The translations under genes and the position numbers were made by a program. Positions 46,259 to 56,451 of a DNA stretch of 64,000 bases are shown piece after piece. Source of the stretch: Gemmatimonadota bacterium (GTDB lineage Bacteria > Latescibacterota > UBA2968 > UBA8231); NCBI GenBank assembly GCA_038153405.1, contig JAYOYH010000007.1, forward strand, positions 1 to 64,000, read 5' to 3'. The notes beneath the pieces are model-generated. The model was not told the origin of the DNA. It searched no databases and worked only from the letters and a program-made list of their open reading frames with translations. Numbering within the stretch: position 1 is the first letter of the stretch; each line of letters opens with the position of its first letter.

Positions 46259-47447
46259 AGAATTTCTGCGGGCCTGGTGCGAGGTGAGCCGCGCTGCCCT
46301 GCGCACCAATGTGGCTACGCTGCGCTCGGGCTTGGCCGCCGGTGCGCTGCTGGGAATCGTGGTCAAAAGCGATGCCTACGGGCACGGACTCGTGCTGTGT
46401 GCCCGCGAATTTGTCGCTGCCGGTGCCGATTGGTTGGTGGTCAACTCGCTGGACGAGGCGGTGCGACTGCGCCGGGCCGGTTTGATGGTTCCGCTCTACA
46501 TCTGTGCGCAGGTTGCCCCCTTTGAGGCATCGCTCGCCGTTGAGAGCGGCGCGCGCATCGTGCTGTGCGATGCGGATACTGCTCGAGCACTGGCCGCCTC
46601 AGCACGTCAGAGCGGCGTTGTGCTTCGCTGTCATATAAAGGTAGAAACAGGCACGCACCGCCAGGGTATAGGGCGGGATGAGCTGCCGGAATTTGCCCGG
46701 CTGGTCAAAGGGCTTGATGGCCTCGAGATAGAGGGCCTGACGACGCACTTTGCCGATATTGAAGAGGCGGCCGATCGCAGTTTTTCCGAAGAGCAAATGC
46801 GCGCCCTATCCGCTGCGGCCTCTGACCTGCGCTCTATGGGGATCGACGTGCCCATGGTGCATGCGGCCAATTCCGCTGCAGCCCTGCTGTGGCCGGAAAC
46901 CCACGGCAGCCTCGTGCGGGCCGGCATTGCCGCCTATGGGTTATGGCCCTCCAACGCCACGCATGCGGTGGCCGAAGGGCGCTCAGCGCCGTTGCCTCGG
47001 CTCTACCCGGCGCTGAGCTGGAAGGCGCGCATCGCCCAAGTCAAAACGGTGCCAGTAGGGGGCACCATTGGCTATGGGCGCACCTTTCGCACGCGCCGTT
47101 CCATGCGCATTGGCATCGTGCCGGTTGGCTATTACGAGGGCTACGATCGCCGCATGTCGAACCGGGGCCACGTGCTGGTAGAGGGCGCGCGCGCGCCCGT
47201 GCGCGGTCGCGTTTGCATGAATATGTTTATGATCGATCTCACGGATGTTCCTCAGGTGCGCACCGGGCAGGTGGTGACGCTGCTGGGCGCCGAGGGAAGC
47301 GAGGACGTTGGTGCCCAACAGTGGGCGTCTTGGATGAACAGCATACACTACGAGGCAATCAGTCGGATTCACCCTGAACAGCCGCGTCTGCTGCGGGCAG
47401 AAGACGGGTTGCTCTATTTAGGAGAGGATGCAAAAGCATATGAGTGA
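46242..47447 (+). CDS. alr: Alanine racemase
   Basis: VVKSDAYGHG (PLP Lys), HIKVETGTHRQG, THFAD, HAANSAA, IGYG, GRVCMN. Confidence 0.93.
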   Translation: MTPVREEFLRAWCEVSRAALRTNVATLRSGLAAGALLGIVVKSDAYGHGLVLCAREFVAAGADWLVVNSLDEAVRLRRAGLMVPLYICAQVAPFEASLAVESGARIVLCDADTARALAASARQSGVVLRCHIKVETGTHRQGIGRDELPEFARLVKGLDGLEIEGLTTHFADIEEAADRSFSEEQMRALSAAASDLRSMGIDVPMVHAANSAAALLWPETHGSLVRAGIAAYGLWPSNATHAVAEGRSAPLPRLYPALSWKARIAQVKTVPVGGTIGYGRTFRTRRSMRIGIVPVGYYEGYDRRMSNRGHVLVEGARAPVRGRVCMNMFMIDLTDVPQVRTGQVVTLLGAEGSEDVGAQQWASWMNSIHYEAISRIHPEQPRLLRAEDGLLYLGEDAKAYE

Positions 47448-48339
47448 GACTTGGCGCGGAATTATGCCCATCGTGGCCACGCCCTTTACGCGCACGTACG
47501 AATTAGACGAAGCGGGATTGCGCAAGCTCGTGCACTTTTGCATCGATGCCGGGGCCACTGGACTGGTCGGGCCGGCCAATGCCAGCGAGTTTTCTACGCT
47601 GTCCGATGACGAGCGCCGGCGCTGGATCGAGATCGTCGTCGGCGAGGCGGGCGGCCAAGTGCCGGTGGTCGCCGCAGTGACCTCCGGTCATGTATTGCCG
47701 GCCGTGGCCCTATCCTGCTTTGCGCAGCGCGTCGGTGCAGAGGGAATTATGTCGATGCCGCCGCACGTTCTGCATCCCGATGCCGGCGGCTGTTATGCTT
47801 TTTACGATGCCTTGAGTACGGCGGTAGATATTCCGATATGCGTGCAGAATTTTAACCTGCCGATCGGCACGCCGATGAGCGCTGAACTGCTGGCGCGCAT
47901 GTGTGCTGAGTTGGACGGCGTGGACTATATAAAAGAGGAGACCGCGCCCGAACCGCGCCAGATAAGCCGCACCCTCGAAGCGGCCAAAGCCGGCTGCCGC
48001 GGGGTGCTGGGCGGACAGGGGGGTATTTACCTCATCGACGAATACCGCCGTGGAGCTTGCGGCAATATGCCGGGATGCCATACGACGGATGTGTTGGTGG
48101 ATTTGTGGACTAAGCTAGAATCCGATGACGAGTCGGGCGCCAGGCAACTCTTTAACCAACTCCTGCCGCTCATGAACTACGAACGGCTCTACGGCGTGGC
48201 CGTCTACAAGCTCATTTTACATCGGCGCGGCCTGATCGATACGCCGCTGCGCCGTGCCCCTGGTGTTGATCTCGATGCCTACGATATGACCGAGTTGGAC
48301 AGCGTTCTCAACAGCGTCGAAGCGCTGTTTCGCCTGTAG
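47440..48339 (+). CDS. Dihydrodipicolinate synthase family aldolase/dehydratase
   Basis: GIMPIVATPF, ASEF.TLS..ER, YIKEE. Confidence 0.85.
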   Translation: MSETWRGIMPIVATPFTRTYELDEAGLRKLVHFCIDAGATGLVGPANASEFSTLSDDERRRWIEIVVGEAGGQVPVVAAVTSGHVLPAVALSCFAQRVGAEGIMSMPPHVLHPDAGGCYAFYDALSTAVDIPICVQNFNLPIGTPMSAELLARMCAELDGVDYIKEETAPEPRQISRTLEAAKAGCRGVLGGQGGIYLIDEYRRGACGNMPGCHTTDVLVDLWTKLESDDESGARQLFNQLLPLMNYERLYGVAVYKLILHRRGLIDTPLRRAPGVDLDAYDMTELDSVLNSVEALFRL

Positions 48340-48345
48340 ATAGCC

Positions 48346-49191
48346 ATGGGGGCCGAGGCGGCGATAGGGGCGATTGCGCGCGACGGGTTTTGCCTGATTG
48401 AAGGCGTAGTGCCAAGCGATGCCCTGCCGGAGATTGGCCGCCAAGTAGTGGCTGCGCAGGGCGCGCACAACTCCGAGTCCGAAGCGCAAAAGCAGGCTAC
48501 GAGGGCGCGGGGGCATCGGGTCGGTGCACGCGGAGTCAGCAGCATGCGCCAGATAATAAACGCTTCGCAGGTTTTCGCTCCCTATTTGGCCGATCGCCGC
48601 ATACTCGATATCGTCGAGGCCTGCTTTGGTCCTTGGCCGCGCATCTCCTGCACCGACTGCGTCATAAACGAGCCGGGCAATGAACGCGGCTACTGGCACG
48701 CCGACTGGCCCTACAACCAGACCAATGCATCCCATGTGGCCGCGCCCTATCCGGACCTGCTAATGCACCTATCGACCATTTGGATGCTGAGCGATTTTAC
48801 CCGCGAAAACGGCGCTACCTGGATTTTGCCAGGCAGCCATCGACGGGGGGAAAATCCTTCGGCCGGGTCGATGAACGGCATCGACTGCGATCGGGCACTT
48901 CCCGGGCAAATGCAGGTTGAAGGAGAGGCGGGCAGCGTGCTGGTCTACGACAGCCGGCTATGGCACGCCGTGGCGGCCAACGTCAGTTCATCGCGCCGCT
49001 TGGCCCTGTTGGTGCGCTATGCCCCTTGGTGGCTCAATCTCAACCCGACGCATCCCGGCACGCCGGAATATCAGATGATGGTCGACGAGACGGAAGGGAA
49101 GAACTACGAAGTGCCTTCGCTGCGCCGCGAGGTATTTGACGGTCTACCGCCTGCCGTCCAGCCGCTTTACCGACATTGGGTTCACCCGTAG
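48346..49191 (+). CDS. Phytanoyl-CoA dioxygenase (PhyH) family protein
   Basis: RDGFCLI, WHAD, DFTRENGATWILPGSH, GSVLVYDSRLWH, R. Confidence 0.88.
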   Translation: MGAEAAIGAIARDGFCLIEGVVPSDALPEIGRQVVAAQGAHNSESEAQKQATRARGHRVGARGVSSMRQIINASQVFAPYLADRRILDIVEACFGPWPRISCTDCVINEPGNERGYWHADWPYNQTNASHVAAPYPDLLMHLSTIWMLSDFTRENGATWILPGSHRRGENPSAGSMNGIDCDRALPGQMQVEGEAGSVLVYDSRLWHAVAANVSSSRRLALLVRYAPWWLNLNPTHPGTPEYQMMVDETEGKNYEVPSLRREVFDGLPPAVQPLYRHWVHP

Positions 49192-49204
49192 CGAAAGGCC
49201 TGCC

Positions 49205-50710
49205 GTGCAGCGCGCTCCCAATATCCTCTATGTGATGACCGACCAGCAGCGCTTTGATACGATTGCGGCGCTGGGCAACAAACATATTTATACGCCTAAT
49301 TTCGATCGTCTCGTTGGTCGCGGATTGGCATTTACCAATGCCTATTCGACGTGTCCGGTGTGCGTTGCGGCCCGCTACACCATTCGCACGGGCTGCGAAC
49401 CGCTCAATACGCGCGTCTTTTCCAACGGGATAGACGACCCGGCGCCCGGGCAGGGGGCGACGATGGCCGAGCGCTGTGGACCCTATCTGGCTGAAGCGAT
49501 GGCTTCGAGGGGCTACCGCACGTTCGGCATTGGCAAGTTTCATACCAATCCCTGGGATGAAGAACTGGGCTATCAATCGCATCTGCGCAGCGAGGAATTG
49601 TACGGCAACCCCGAGCGGCGCCGCGGCGATGCCTATGCCCAGTTTATCGCCCAGCACTACCCGGCTTACGACTTTGTCGAAGGCCTAATGGGCGAGCGAA
49701 CAGAGATGTACTATATGCCGCAAATGAGTCCTATGCCCGCCGAGTGCACGGTCGAGGCATGGGCCGCCGATCGCGCCGTAGAGCGCATACGCCTAGACGA
49801 CGGCCGGCCCTTTTTTGGCTTTGTCTCCTTTATTGGTCCCCATCCACCGCTGGCCCCGCCCATTCCTTTTAACCGCATGTACGATCCCGATCGCATGCCC
49901 AGTCCGGTGCGCGGCGCCGTCGATTCAGACCATATGGACGAGCAAATTCCGTGGATGAACTACGCCATTTGGGCCGAAGATATTACCGACGCGCATGCCC
50001 GCATTTTAAAGGCGCGCTACTACGGAGAGATAAGTTATATCGACCAGTGCTTAGGCCGCATACTCGACGCGGTGGAAGCGCGCGCAGATGCCGAAGATAC
50101 GCTCATCTGCTTTTTTGCCGATCACGGCGACCACATGGGCGACCACGGCGCCTGGCAGAAGGAGAGCTTTTTCGACGTTTCGTGCCGCATTCCCTTTTTG
50201 CTCAGTTGGCCGGCGCGTTTACCGGCAGACCAGCGGCGCGAGGAGTTGGTTTGCCTAACGGACCTCTTTGCCATCGCAACGGGGGCCAGTGCCGAGGTTC
50301 AGGTGCGCGATGGGTGCGATATGCTGGGGGTAGTGAGGGGCGATGTAGCCCCCCGCAGTGCGCTCTTTGGCTACTACGGTTCACCGGGCACGCCCCGGTT
50401 TAAGATTATGGTCAGAGAAGGGGAGTGGAAGTATATCTACCTAGCCAACGGTGGGCGTCAACAGCTTTTTAATTTGCGGCAGGATCCGGCGGAAATGAGC
50501 GAGTGTGCGCGGGACAACCGAGGAAAGGTAGAGCAACTGCGAAGACTAGCTGCTGGTGCACTCGCTTGCAATGCCGGACGGGCGGCGCTTGACGGAGGCG
50601 ATCTGCGCGCCTTTGCGTTTGAGGCCCGGCCGCTGCAGCGCATCTACCAATTTGACCGCTCGCGCGGCGTTGTCGGCTTTCCCACACGCCCTGAGGACGC
50701 TCTGAACTAG
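49205..50710 (+). CDS. Sulfatase family protein (choline/arylsulfatase-like)
   Basis: PNILYVMTDQQRFD, TPNFD, CVAAR..TG, GKFH, PHPP, ADHG..GDHG..K; GTG start at 49205. Confidence 0.88.
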   Translation: MQRAPNILYVMTDQQRFDTIAALGNKHIYTPNFDRLVGRGLAFTNAYSTCPVCVAARYTIRTGCEPLNTRVFSNGIDDPAPGQGATMAERCGPYLAEAMASRGYRTFGIGKFHTNPWDEELGYQSHLRSEELYGNPERRRGDAYAQFIAQHYPAYDFVEGLMGERTEMYYMPQMSPMPAECTVEAWAADRAVERIRLDDGRPFFGFVSFIGPHPPLAPPIPFNRMYDPDRMPSPVRGAVDSDHMDEQIPWMNYAIWAEDITDAHARILKARYYGEISYIDQCLGRILDAVEARADAEDTLICFFADHGDHMGDHGAWQKESFFDVSCRIPFLLSWPARLPADQRREELVCLTDLFAIATGASAEVQVRDGCDMLGVVRGDVAPRSALFGYYGSPGTPRFKIMVREGEWKYIYLANGGRQQLFNLRQDPAEMSECARDNRGKVEQLRRLAAGALACNAGRAALDGGDLRAFAFEARPLQRIYQFDRSRGVVGFPTRPEDALN

Positions 50711-50747
50711 CTGTCCTCAGGCGATGGGAAGCGGGCGCGATCTGCCT

Positions 50748-51986
50748 TTATAAATGCGTTTGCCCGGCGGAATGCAGGGCGCGCGCGCTGACCCCGAGAA
50801 CGCCGAGGAAACCCTCTGAGTCGCGGTGGTCAAAGTCGCCGACGGCCTCCATCGAGGCGGTGTCCTCGCTGTAGAGGGAGTGGGGTGCATCGTCGGCGGC
50901 GTGAAACGAGACCTGCCCTTTGTACAGCGACACGGAGATGGTGCCGGTGGCCAGGCCATTGAGGTGTTCGACGAATTTCCAGCAGGCCTGCGTCGCCGTG
51001 TCGAACCAATATCCCTGGTAAATCTGCTCGGCGATATAGTCGCTGATCGGGGCAAAAACGCGCCGTGCACGGCGGTCGAGGACGAGTTGGAGCAGATACT
51101 CGTAGCACTGTCCGAGCAGCTCGAGAGCCGGGGCTTCGTAAATACCGCGCGATTTGATCCCCACAAAGCGGTTTTCCACCGCGTGCAGTCCGATGCCGAT
51201 GCCGTGTCTTCCGCCAATGGCGTTGCTTTGGGCGATGGCCTCCAGCGCCGTGACAGGCGTGCCGTTGATGGCTATGGGCTGTCCCTGCTCAAAGCGCACC
51301 GTAAAGATTTCGGCCTCGTCCGGGGCTTGCACGGCAAAGACGCCCATACCGGGGTTGACGCGGTTCGTCGGCGTATGCAGGTCTTCCAATTCGCCGGCCT
51401 CGTGCGTTAGGCCGAGAATATTGGCGTCCGTCGAGTAGGGTTTGTCGTGCGTGGCGGTTATGGGCAGGTCGTGCGCTTGGCAGTAGTCGATCATTTCCCT
51501 GCGTCCGCCGAAGGAGCTGAGAAAGTGGCTGTCGCGCCAGGGCGCATAAACGGCAATGTGCGGGTCGAGCATTTGCGTGGCTAGCTGGAAGCGCACCTGG
51601 TCATTGCCCCGTCCAGTAGCGCCGTGTCCGAGAATGCGAATGCCGCGCTCCTGCATCAGCGGCACCATATCGGCGACGACGATGTGGCGGGCAAGGCCCG
51701 TCGTGTTCCAATAGCCGCCCTCGTAGCGGGCCTGTGCCTGCACCAGTTGAATGCCGGCCTGGCTTATGGCATCCTTTAGGTCGCCGATGATCATTTCGCT
51801 TGCGCCGCAGGCCAGCATGCGCGTGCGCACATCTTCGATATCGATCTCGTCGGGCTGTCCCAGATCGGCCGTATAGGCGATCACGTCGACGCCTTGTTGA
51901 CTCAGCCAGTGAGTAATGGTGCAGCTATCGAGTCCGCCGGAGACGGCCATCATAATTTTCTGTCCCACGAGATCGGCGACGTTCAT
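50748..51986 (-). CDS. argG: Argininosuccinate synthase
   Basis: AVSGGLDS, HGATGRGNDQVRF, APWR, YSTDANILG, VENRFVGIKSRGIYEAP; AGGAG RBS before the ATG at 51986. Confidence 0.95.
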   Translation of the reverse strand: MNVADLVGQKIMMAVSGGLDSCTITHWLSQQGVDVIAYTADLGQPDEIDIEDVRTRMLACGASEMIIGDLKDAISQAGIQLVQAQARYEGGYWNTTGLARHIVVADMVPLMQERGIRILGHGATGRGNDQVRFQLATQMLDPHIAVYAPWRDSHFLSSFGGRREMIDYCQAHDLPITATHDKPYSTDANILGLTHEAGELEDLHTPTNRVNPGMGVFAVQAPDEAEIFTVRFEQGQPIAINGTPVTALEAIAQSNAIGGRHGIGIGLHAVENRFVGIKSRGIYEAPALELLGQCYEYLLQLVLDRRARRVFAPISDYIAEQIYQGYWFDTATQACWKFVEHLNGLATGTISVSLYKGQVSFHAADDAPHSLYSEDTASMEAVGDFDHRDSEGFLGVLGVSARALHSAGQTHL

Positions 51987-52147
51987 TGCAGTAACTCCTG
52001 ATGGGTGCGATGTATTTTTTTGCAAAAAAAGGGGTCATGCGCGCAGAAACGCATTTGCTGAATGGATCTGAATTACCGCTAGCCCTCGAAAAATGTCAAG
52101 ATCGAGAGCGGGTTGGGATGAGTGGTTGCCGGGCAGGGGACAGGAGC

Positions 52148-52417
52148 TTAGTGGAGGCCTTCTTCAAAGCTGTAGAGCACGGTGCGCAAGCGCTCCATAT
52201 CTTGCGTTGGCACCGCAGCCAGGCGCCGCTCCGGGCCGATCTTAAGCCAGAGCGCGCGCCAAAGGGACAAATCAGAGGCCAAGGGCGAAGCTGGCGGCCG
52301 TTCCCCTTCTGCCCGCTTAGAGCGGCGCAGTGTGCCTAAGACAATATAGGCAATGGCACCTAGAACGTCTAGGACGATGACGATCTGTAGGAGGTGGGTG
52401 AGAAATTGATCCAACAT
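52148..52417 (-). CDS. Small membrane hypothetical protein
   Basis: 89 aa, N-terminal hydrophobic helix, GAGGA upstream. Confidence 0.55.
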   Translation of the reverse strand: MLDQFLTHLLQIVIVLDVLGAIAYIVLGTLRRSKRAEGERPPASPLASDLSLWRALWLKIGPERRLAAVPTQDMERLRTVLYSFEEGLH

Positions 52418-52534
52418 GCGCGCTGAAGGTCCTCGTATGAGCCGATGTCGACGATCGCTAGTGGCTCCAGTTTTTGTTAATATAATAAAACTTGATACTA
52501 AGTCATACTTTATATCGGCCTGCGCTGAGATAAC

Positions 52535-52563
52535 TTGACAGGTTTATGGGAGGTCGGTATCAT
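52535..52563 (+). promoter_or_regulatory. Sigma-70-type promoter
   Basis: TTGACA-17 bp-TATCAT about 80 bp upstream of the ATG at 52645. Confidence 0.65.
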
Positions 52564-52644
52564 TAAAAAAGTATTTCGGCGAAAAGAGACGAGTGTTTTG
52601 ACGCTCGATTTTTTTTGTAGGTAATAGTAAAAAAAGGGGCTTAT

Positions 52645-53508
52645 ATGCTGATCGATGCCCATAATCATCCCAATTGGCACGGCTTTAATGCGGATAAGAT
52701 CCTGCGCAATATGGACGAGCAGGGAATCGACCAAATGTGGCTCTTTAGCTGGGAAGTGCCCGAAGACGAATACGCTCCGTCCTACCACGCCGTGCTGCCG
52801 CCTACGGGGATGGGCATTCCACTCGAGGATGTGATTGAGGTTGGCAAGGCAGCCCCCGACCGCTTTGTATTGGGGTACATGCCGCATCCTAAGCGGCCCG
52901 ATGCCATAGACCGCCTCAAGGCGGCCGTCGAGATCCATGGGATTCGCCTCGCCTCTGAACTCAAGGTGCGCTTGCCCTTTGACGATCCGGACGCCCTGCG
53001 CCTGTACGCCTTTTGCGGCGAGCAAAAACTGCCCATCACCATTCACCTCGACTATCCCATCGATCACGGCCGCGGTCATTATCCGCGGCCCAACTGGTGG
53101 TACGGCGGCAGCTTGGACGCCTTTGAGCGGGCCGTTGTCGCCTGTCCGGAAACCGTTTTTATCGGCCACGCCCCCGGATTTTGGGCTCATATTTCGGGCG
53201 ACGATCAGTTTGATAAGGCCGCCTACCCCGAGGGGCCGGTCGTGCCCGGCGGACGCGTCGGCCAAATGCTGCGCACCCATGCCAACCTCTACGCCGATTT
53301 GTCGGCCGGTTCGGGGCTGCGCGCACTGCAGCGCGACGCGGAATTTGGCCGGCAGTTTCTCATCGAATTTCAGGATCGTCTGCTCTTTGGCCGAGATTAT
53401 TTCGATACCCGCCTTATGGATTTTCTCCTCGAAGCTAAACTGCCTCCGGAAGCCTTTGCCAAGATTACCCATCGCAATGCCGAGCACTTGCTACATGCCT
53501 ATCTCTAA
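52645..53508 (+). CDS. Amidohydrolase family 2 protein
   Basis: IDAHNH, ELK, TIH, FIGH, LYADLS, LLFGRDY. Confidence 0.85.
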   Translation: MLIDAHNHPNWHGFNADKILRNMDEQGIDQMWLFSWEVPEDEYAPSYHAVLPPTGMGIPLEDVIEVGKAAPDRFVLGYMPHPKRPDAIDRLKAAVEIHGIRLASELKVRLPFDDPDALRLYAFCGEQKLPITIHLDYPIDHGRGHYPRPNWWYGGSLDAFERAVVACPETVFIGHAPGFWAHISGDDQFDKAAYPEGPVVPGGRVGQMLRTHANLYADLSAGSGLRALQRDAEFGRQFLIEFQDRLLFGRDYFDTRLMDFLLEAKLPPEAFAKITHRNAEHLLHAYL

Positions 53509-53600
53509 ACGAGCGCTCTTTTGAATGAGCCTAGCGCTGCCTACCGACCGCATGTGCATTGCGTTGCCACGTTCTCTTCTCCCGTCCGGTATTAGGTGCG

Positions 53601-54542
53601 ATGAATCCCCTAGAAATCTTCTGGTTTATACTGGGTTTGGTTGGACTGTACTTCGGTGCAGAATGGATGGTCACAGGTGCTTCGCGCGCTGCCGGCAGCT
53701 TTGGCATACGGCCCATCGTCGTCGGCCTGACGGTGGTGGCTTTTGGCACCTCCAGCCCCGAGTTGGCGGTGAGTATGATTGCCGTTTTCGAGGAGAGCAA
53801 CGGCATTGCCATCGGTAATATCATCGGCAGCAATATTGCCAATGTGGGACTTATTTTGGGCGCTTCAGCCCTCGTTTCTCCGCTCAAGGTAGAGCTCAAT
53901 GTCCTGCGCAGAGAGCTGCCGATTATGGTCTTTGTATCCCTGCTTTTTATTGTTCTACTCTACGACGGCACTATAGGGTTTTGGGATGGATGCCTGCTCT
54001 TTGTCGGCCTCCTAGTCTACTTGGCTTACCAGCTGCGCGGTCTGTTTAAGGGTGGCCAACCAACGGCCGAGTTGCCGAAGGGCCAGGGAGTGGCACCGCG
54101 CCACGGATGGAATGCGCTGTTGATCGTCGTGGGGCTGGGTCTGTTGGTGGGGGGAGCGAACCTGATGATCGAGTCGGGTATTGTTATTGCCAAAATGTTC
54201 GGCATTAGCGAAATCGCTATTGGCATTGCGCTGGTAGCCGTCGGAACGTCACTGCCCGAATTGGCCACCTCTATGGTAAGCGCCTTTCGCGGCGAGAGCG
54301 ATATATCGGTTGGCAATATCATCGGTAGCAATATTTTCAACATCATGTGCGTCGTGGGGTTGGTCTCGATGATCGCCCCGTTGTCCGTAAGCGCGGAACT
54401 GCTTTATTTTGAACTACCCGTTATGATTGCGTTTAGTCTCGTGCTCTTTCCCTTTATGCGTTCGGGCTTTGTCCTCAGTCGCTTGGAGGGAGCGGCGCTA
54501 CTCGTCGGATATGCCGTATTCATGGTTTTTGTGTTTGACTGA
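53601..54542 (+). CDS. Calcium/sodium antiporter (YrbG/CaCA)
   Basis: Two alpha repeats: GTSSPE..GNIIGSNIAN and GTSLPE..GNIIGSNIFN. Confidence 0.92.
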   Translation: MNPLEIFWFILGLVGLYFGAEWMVTGASRAAGSFGIRPIVVGLTVVAFGTSSPELAVSMIAVFEESNGIAIGNIIGSNIANVGLILGASALVSPLKVELNVLRRELPIMVFVSLLFIVLLYDGTIGFWDGCLLFVGLLVYLAYQLRGLFKGGQPTAELPKGQGVAPRHGWNALLIVVGLGLLVGGANLMIESGIVIAKMFGISEIAIGIALVAVGTSLPELATSMVSAFRGESDISVGNIIGSNIFNIMCVVGLVSMIAPLSVSAELLYFELPVMIAFSLVLFPFMRSGFVLSRLEGAALLVGYAVFMVFVFD

Positions 54543-54650
54543 TTCAGATTGCGCACATCGGGTGGAAGAGGCAAGAGCGCGCAACCGAACTCAGGTTAGG
54601 CGTTGGCGCATCGGGCGCATAGGTGATTTAAAAAAGCAAAGGAGTTTGAC

Positions 54651-55421
54651 ATGGATCTGGGTTTAGGAGGCAAAGTCGCCATCGTCAGCGGTGCCAGTCG
54701 CGGGATTGGCCGCTCTATTGCGCTGGCACTAGCCGCCGAAGGCGCTAAGCTGTGCGTTTGTGCTCGCAATGAGGAGGGCCTCACCATAGCCGCAGAGGAG
54801 ATGCGCGTCGCCGGAGCAGAGGTTGAAGCGCTCGCGCTGGACGTGACGACGGCAGAGGGCGCCGACGCGCTGGTCGCCGGTGCGGTGGCCCGCTTTGGCG
54901 GCGTCGACATTCTCGTCAACAACGTCGGTGGCTCAGTATGGACCCCCTTTGCCGAAATAAGCGATGACGAGTGGAACCACGTGCTCAATTTGAGCTTTAT
55001 GTCGGCCGTGCGCGTAAGCCGAGCCGCGTTCCCGGTGATGGAGCGAAGAGGGGGCGGCAGCATCGTCAACATCTCGTCGATCTTTGGCCGCGAGACAGGG
55101 GGGCCCATTTCATACAACGCCGCTAAGTCGGCCATGATCAGCATGTCGTCCAATTTGGCCATAGAGGGTGCCGGCAAGAATATTCGCGTCAATTCGGTAG
55201 CGCCGGGATCCATTATCTTTCCCGGCGGCAGCTGGGAGCGCCGGCAGAAGGAAAACCCCGAGCAGATTGCCGCATTTATCGATGCCAATCTGCCCTTTGG
55301 GCGCTTCGGCAAGCCGGAAGAGGTAGCCGACGTCGTTGCTTTTCTCGTTTCCGAGCGCGGCAGTTGGGTCACGGGCGCGTGCATCAATGTCGACGGTGGC
55401 CAGTCCAAATCGAATACGTGA
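54651..55421 (+). CDS. SDR family oxidoreductase (FabG-like)
   Basis: SGASRGIG, DILVNNVG, NISS, YNAAK, VNSVAPG, VDGG; AAGGAG RBS. Confidence 0.92.
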   Translation: MDLGLGGKVAIVSGASRGIGRSIALALAAEGAKLCVCARNEEGLTIAAEEMRVAGAEVEALALDVTTAEGADALVAGAVARFGGVDILVNNVGGSVWTPFAEISDDEWNHVLNLSFMSAVRVSRAAFPVMERRGGGSIVNISSIFGRETGGPISYNAAKSAMISMSSNLAIEGAGKNIRVNSVAPGSIIFPGGSWERRQKENPEQIAAFIDANLPFGRFGKPEEVADVVAFLVSERGSWVTGACINVDGGQSKSNT

Positions 55422-56451
55422 TTGGGCCGTGGCGTTCGGGCTGGTTATCGCCTTGCTCGTTGCAGGGCCCCTACTCGTCGATAAAACCGATGCGCAATCG
55501 CGCAAACAGTCGATCGACTTTCTCAACGAGCGCCTGAAGATTCCCGATTCGTCGAGGTTTACCGAAGGCGAATACATCGAGAGCGGCGTGGGGGTGCCCT
55601 TTGGCGTGGACAAGCGCCTCAGCTATTTTAGCGGCAACTACGCCGAGTCCATTACGCGCTTTAGCGAGGCGCTGCGTCGCTACCCCTACAAAGCGGAAAT
55701 ATGGGTATTTCTGGCGCGCTCTTTTTTCTATGAAAAGGTACCCGAAGAAGCCAAGCGGACGATTGAGCGCGCCGCTGAAGTGATGCCCGATCTAGCGGAG
55801 AGCTTCTGGGATCCTCTTTTGGAAAGCATGCTGGGCGAAATTCACAATCGCGCCTTAGAGCAGCAGGCGCAGATCGATTTTTATACGAGGAGCCAAGAGG
55901 AGTTTCTCGAACTTTTCCGACTCTTTCGCTTCCTGGTCGATGAAAATGGCATGGTTGGTATCGTGCTGCGGGCCGATGCCAAAGCGGCGAAAATGTCGTT
56001 TTTGGCGACGATGGTCTCGGCCGACTCGCGCACGCGCTACCGGGCCGAATCGGATAAGTGGGTGGCGCTGGCCGAGCAGATGCGCGGTGAAATGCGCAAC
56101 TTGGGGTTTTCGCCGCCGGAGGCTGTCGAAGTGCCGGTATACCGGGAGGAGGAAGTGCCCCTCGACGATGCCGACCTCCTCGAGCAGACGCACCAGTTGC
56201 AGCTAAAAGTCGATTTTTACCAGCCACTGCTAGCTGATTTTAGCGCCCTTTTTGAAAACTATCTTGCCCTAGACCTGCCCGATGGAGCGCGCTTTGTCCT
56301 TGAGGGATTGCAGCGCGAAGCCGGGCGCGTGCGCCTGCAGGCCGATACTGCCAACGACTTTGCCATGGCCAGCCAGTACGGCGAAGAGGCCGATGCGCTC
56401 GATGCGCTGCGCGAGGAACTCCTTCAGCGCTTGCCTGATAGCGGGCCCTGA
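55387..56451 (+). CDS. Exported TPR-containing hypothetical protein
   Basis: Signal-like N-terminus, TPR-like YFSGNYAES...YPYKAEIWVFLARSF, helical remainder. Start uncertain (55387 or 55429). Confidence 0.62.
   Translation: MSTVASPNRIRDWAVAFGLVIALLVAGPLLVDKTDAQSRKQSIDFLNERLKIPDSSRFTEGEYIESGVGVPFGVDKRLSYFSGNYAESITRFSEALRRYPYKAEIWVFLARSFFYEKVPEEAKRTIERAAEVMPDLAESFWDPLLESMLGEIHNRALEQQAQIDFYTRSQEEFLELFRLFRFLVDENGMVGIVLRADAKAAKMSFLATMVSADSRTRYRAESDKWVALAEQMRGEMRNLGFSPPEAVEVPVYREEEVPLDDADLLEQTHQLQLKVDFYQPLLADFSALFENYLALDLPDGARFVLEGLQREAGRVRLQADTANDFAMASQYGEEADALDALREELLQRLPDSGP

Noticed and set aside
52510..53487. 325-aa minus-strand ORF (similarly 41598-42458, 50826-51410, 54596-55408)
   Set aside because: These are antisense to well-supported genes, which is expected in high-GC coding DNA.
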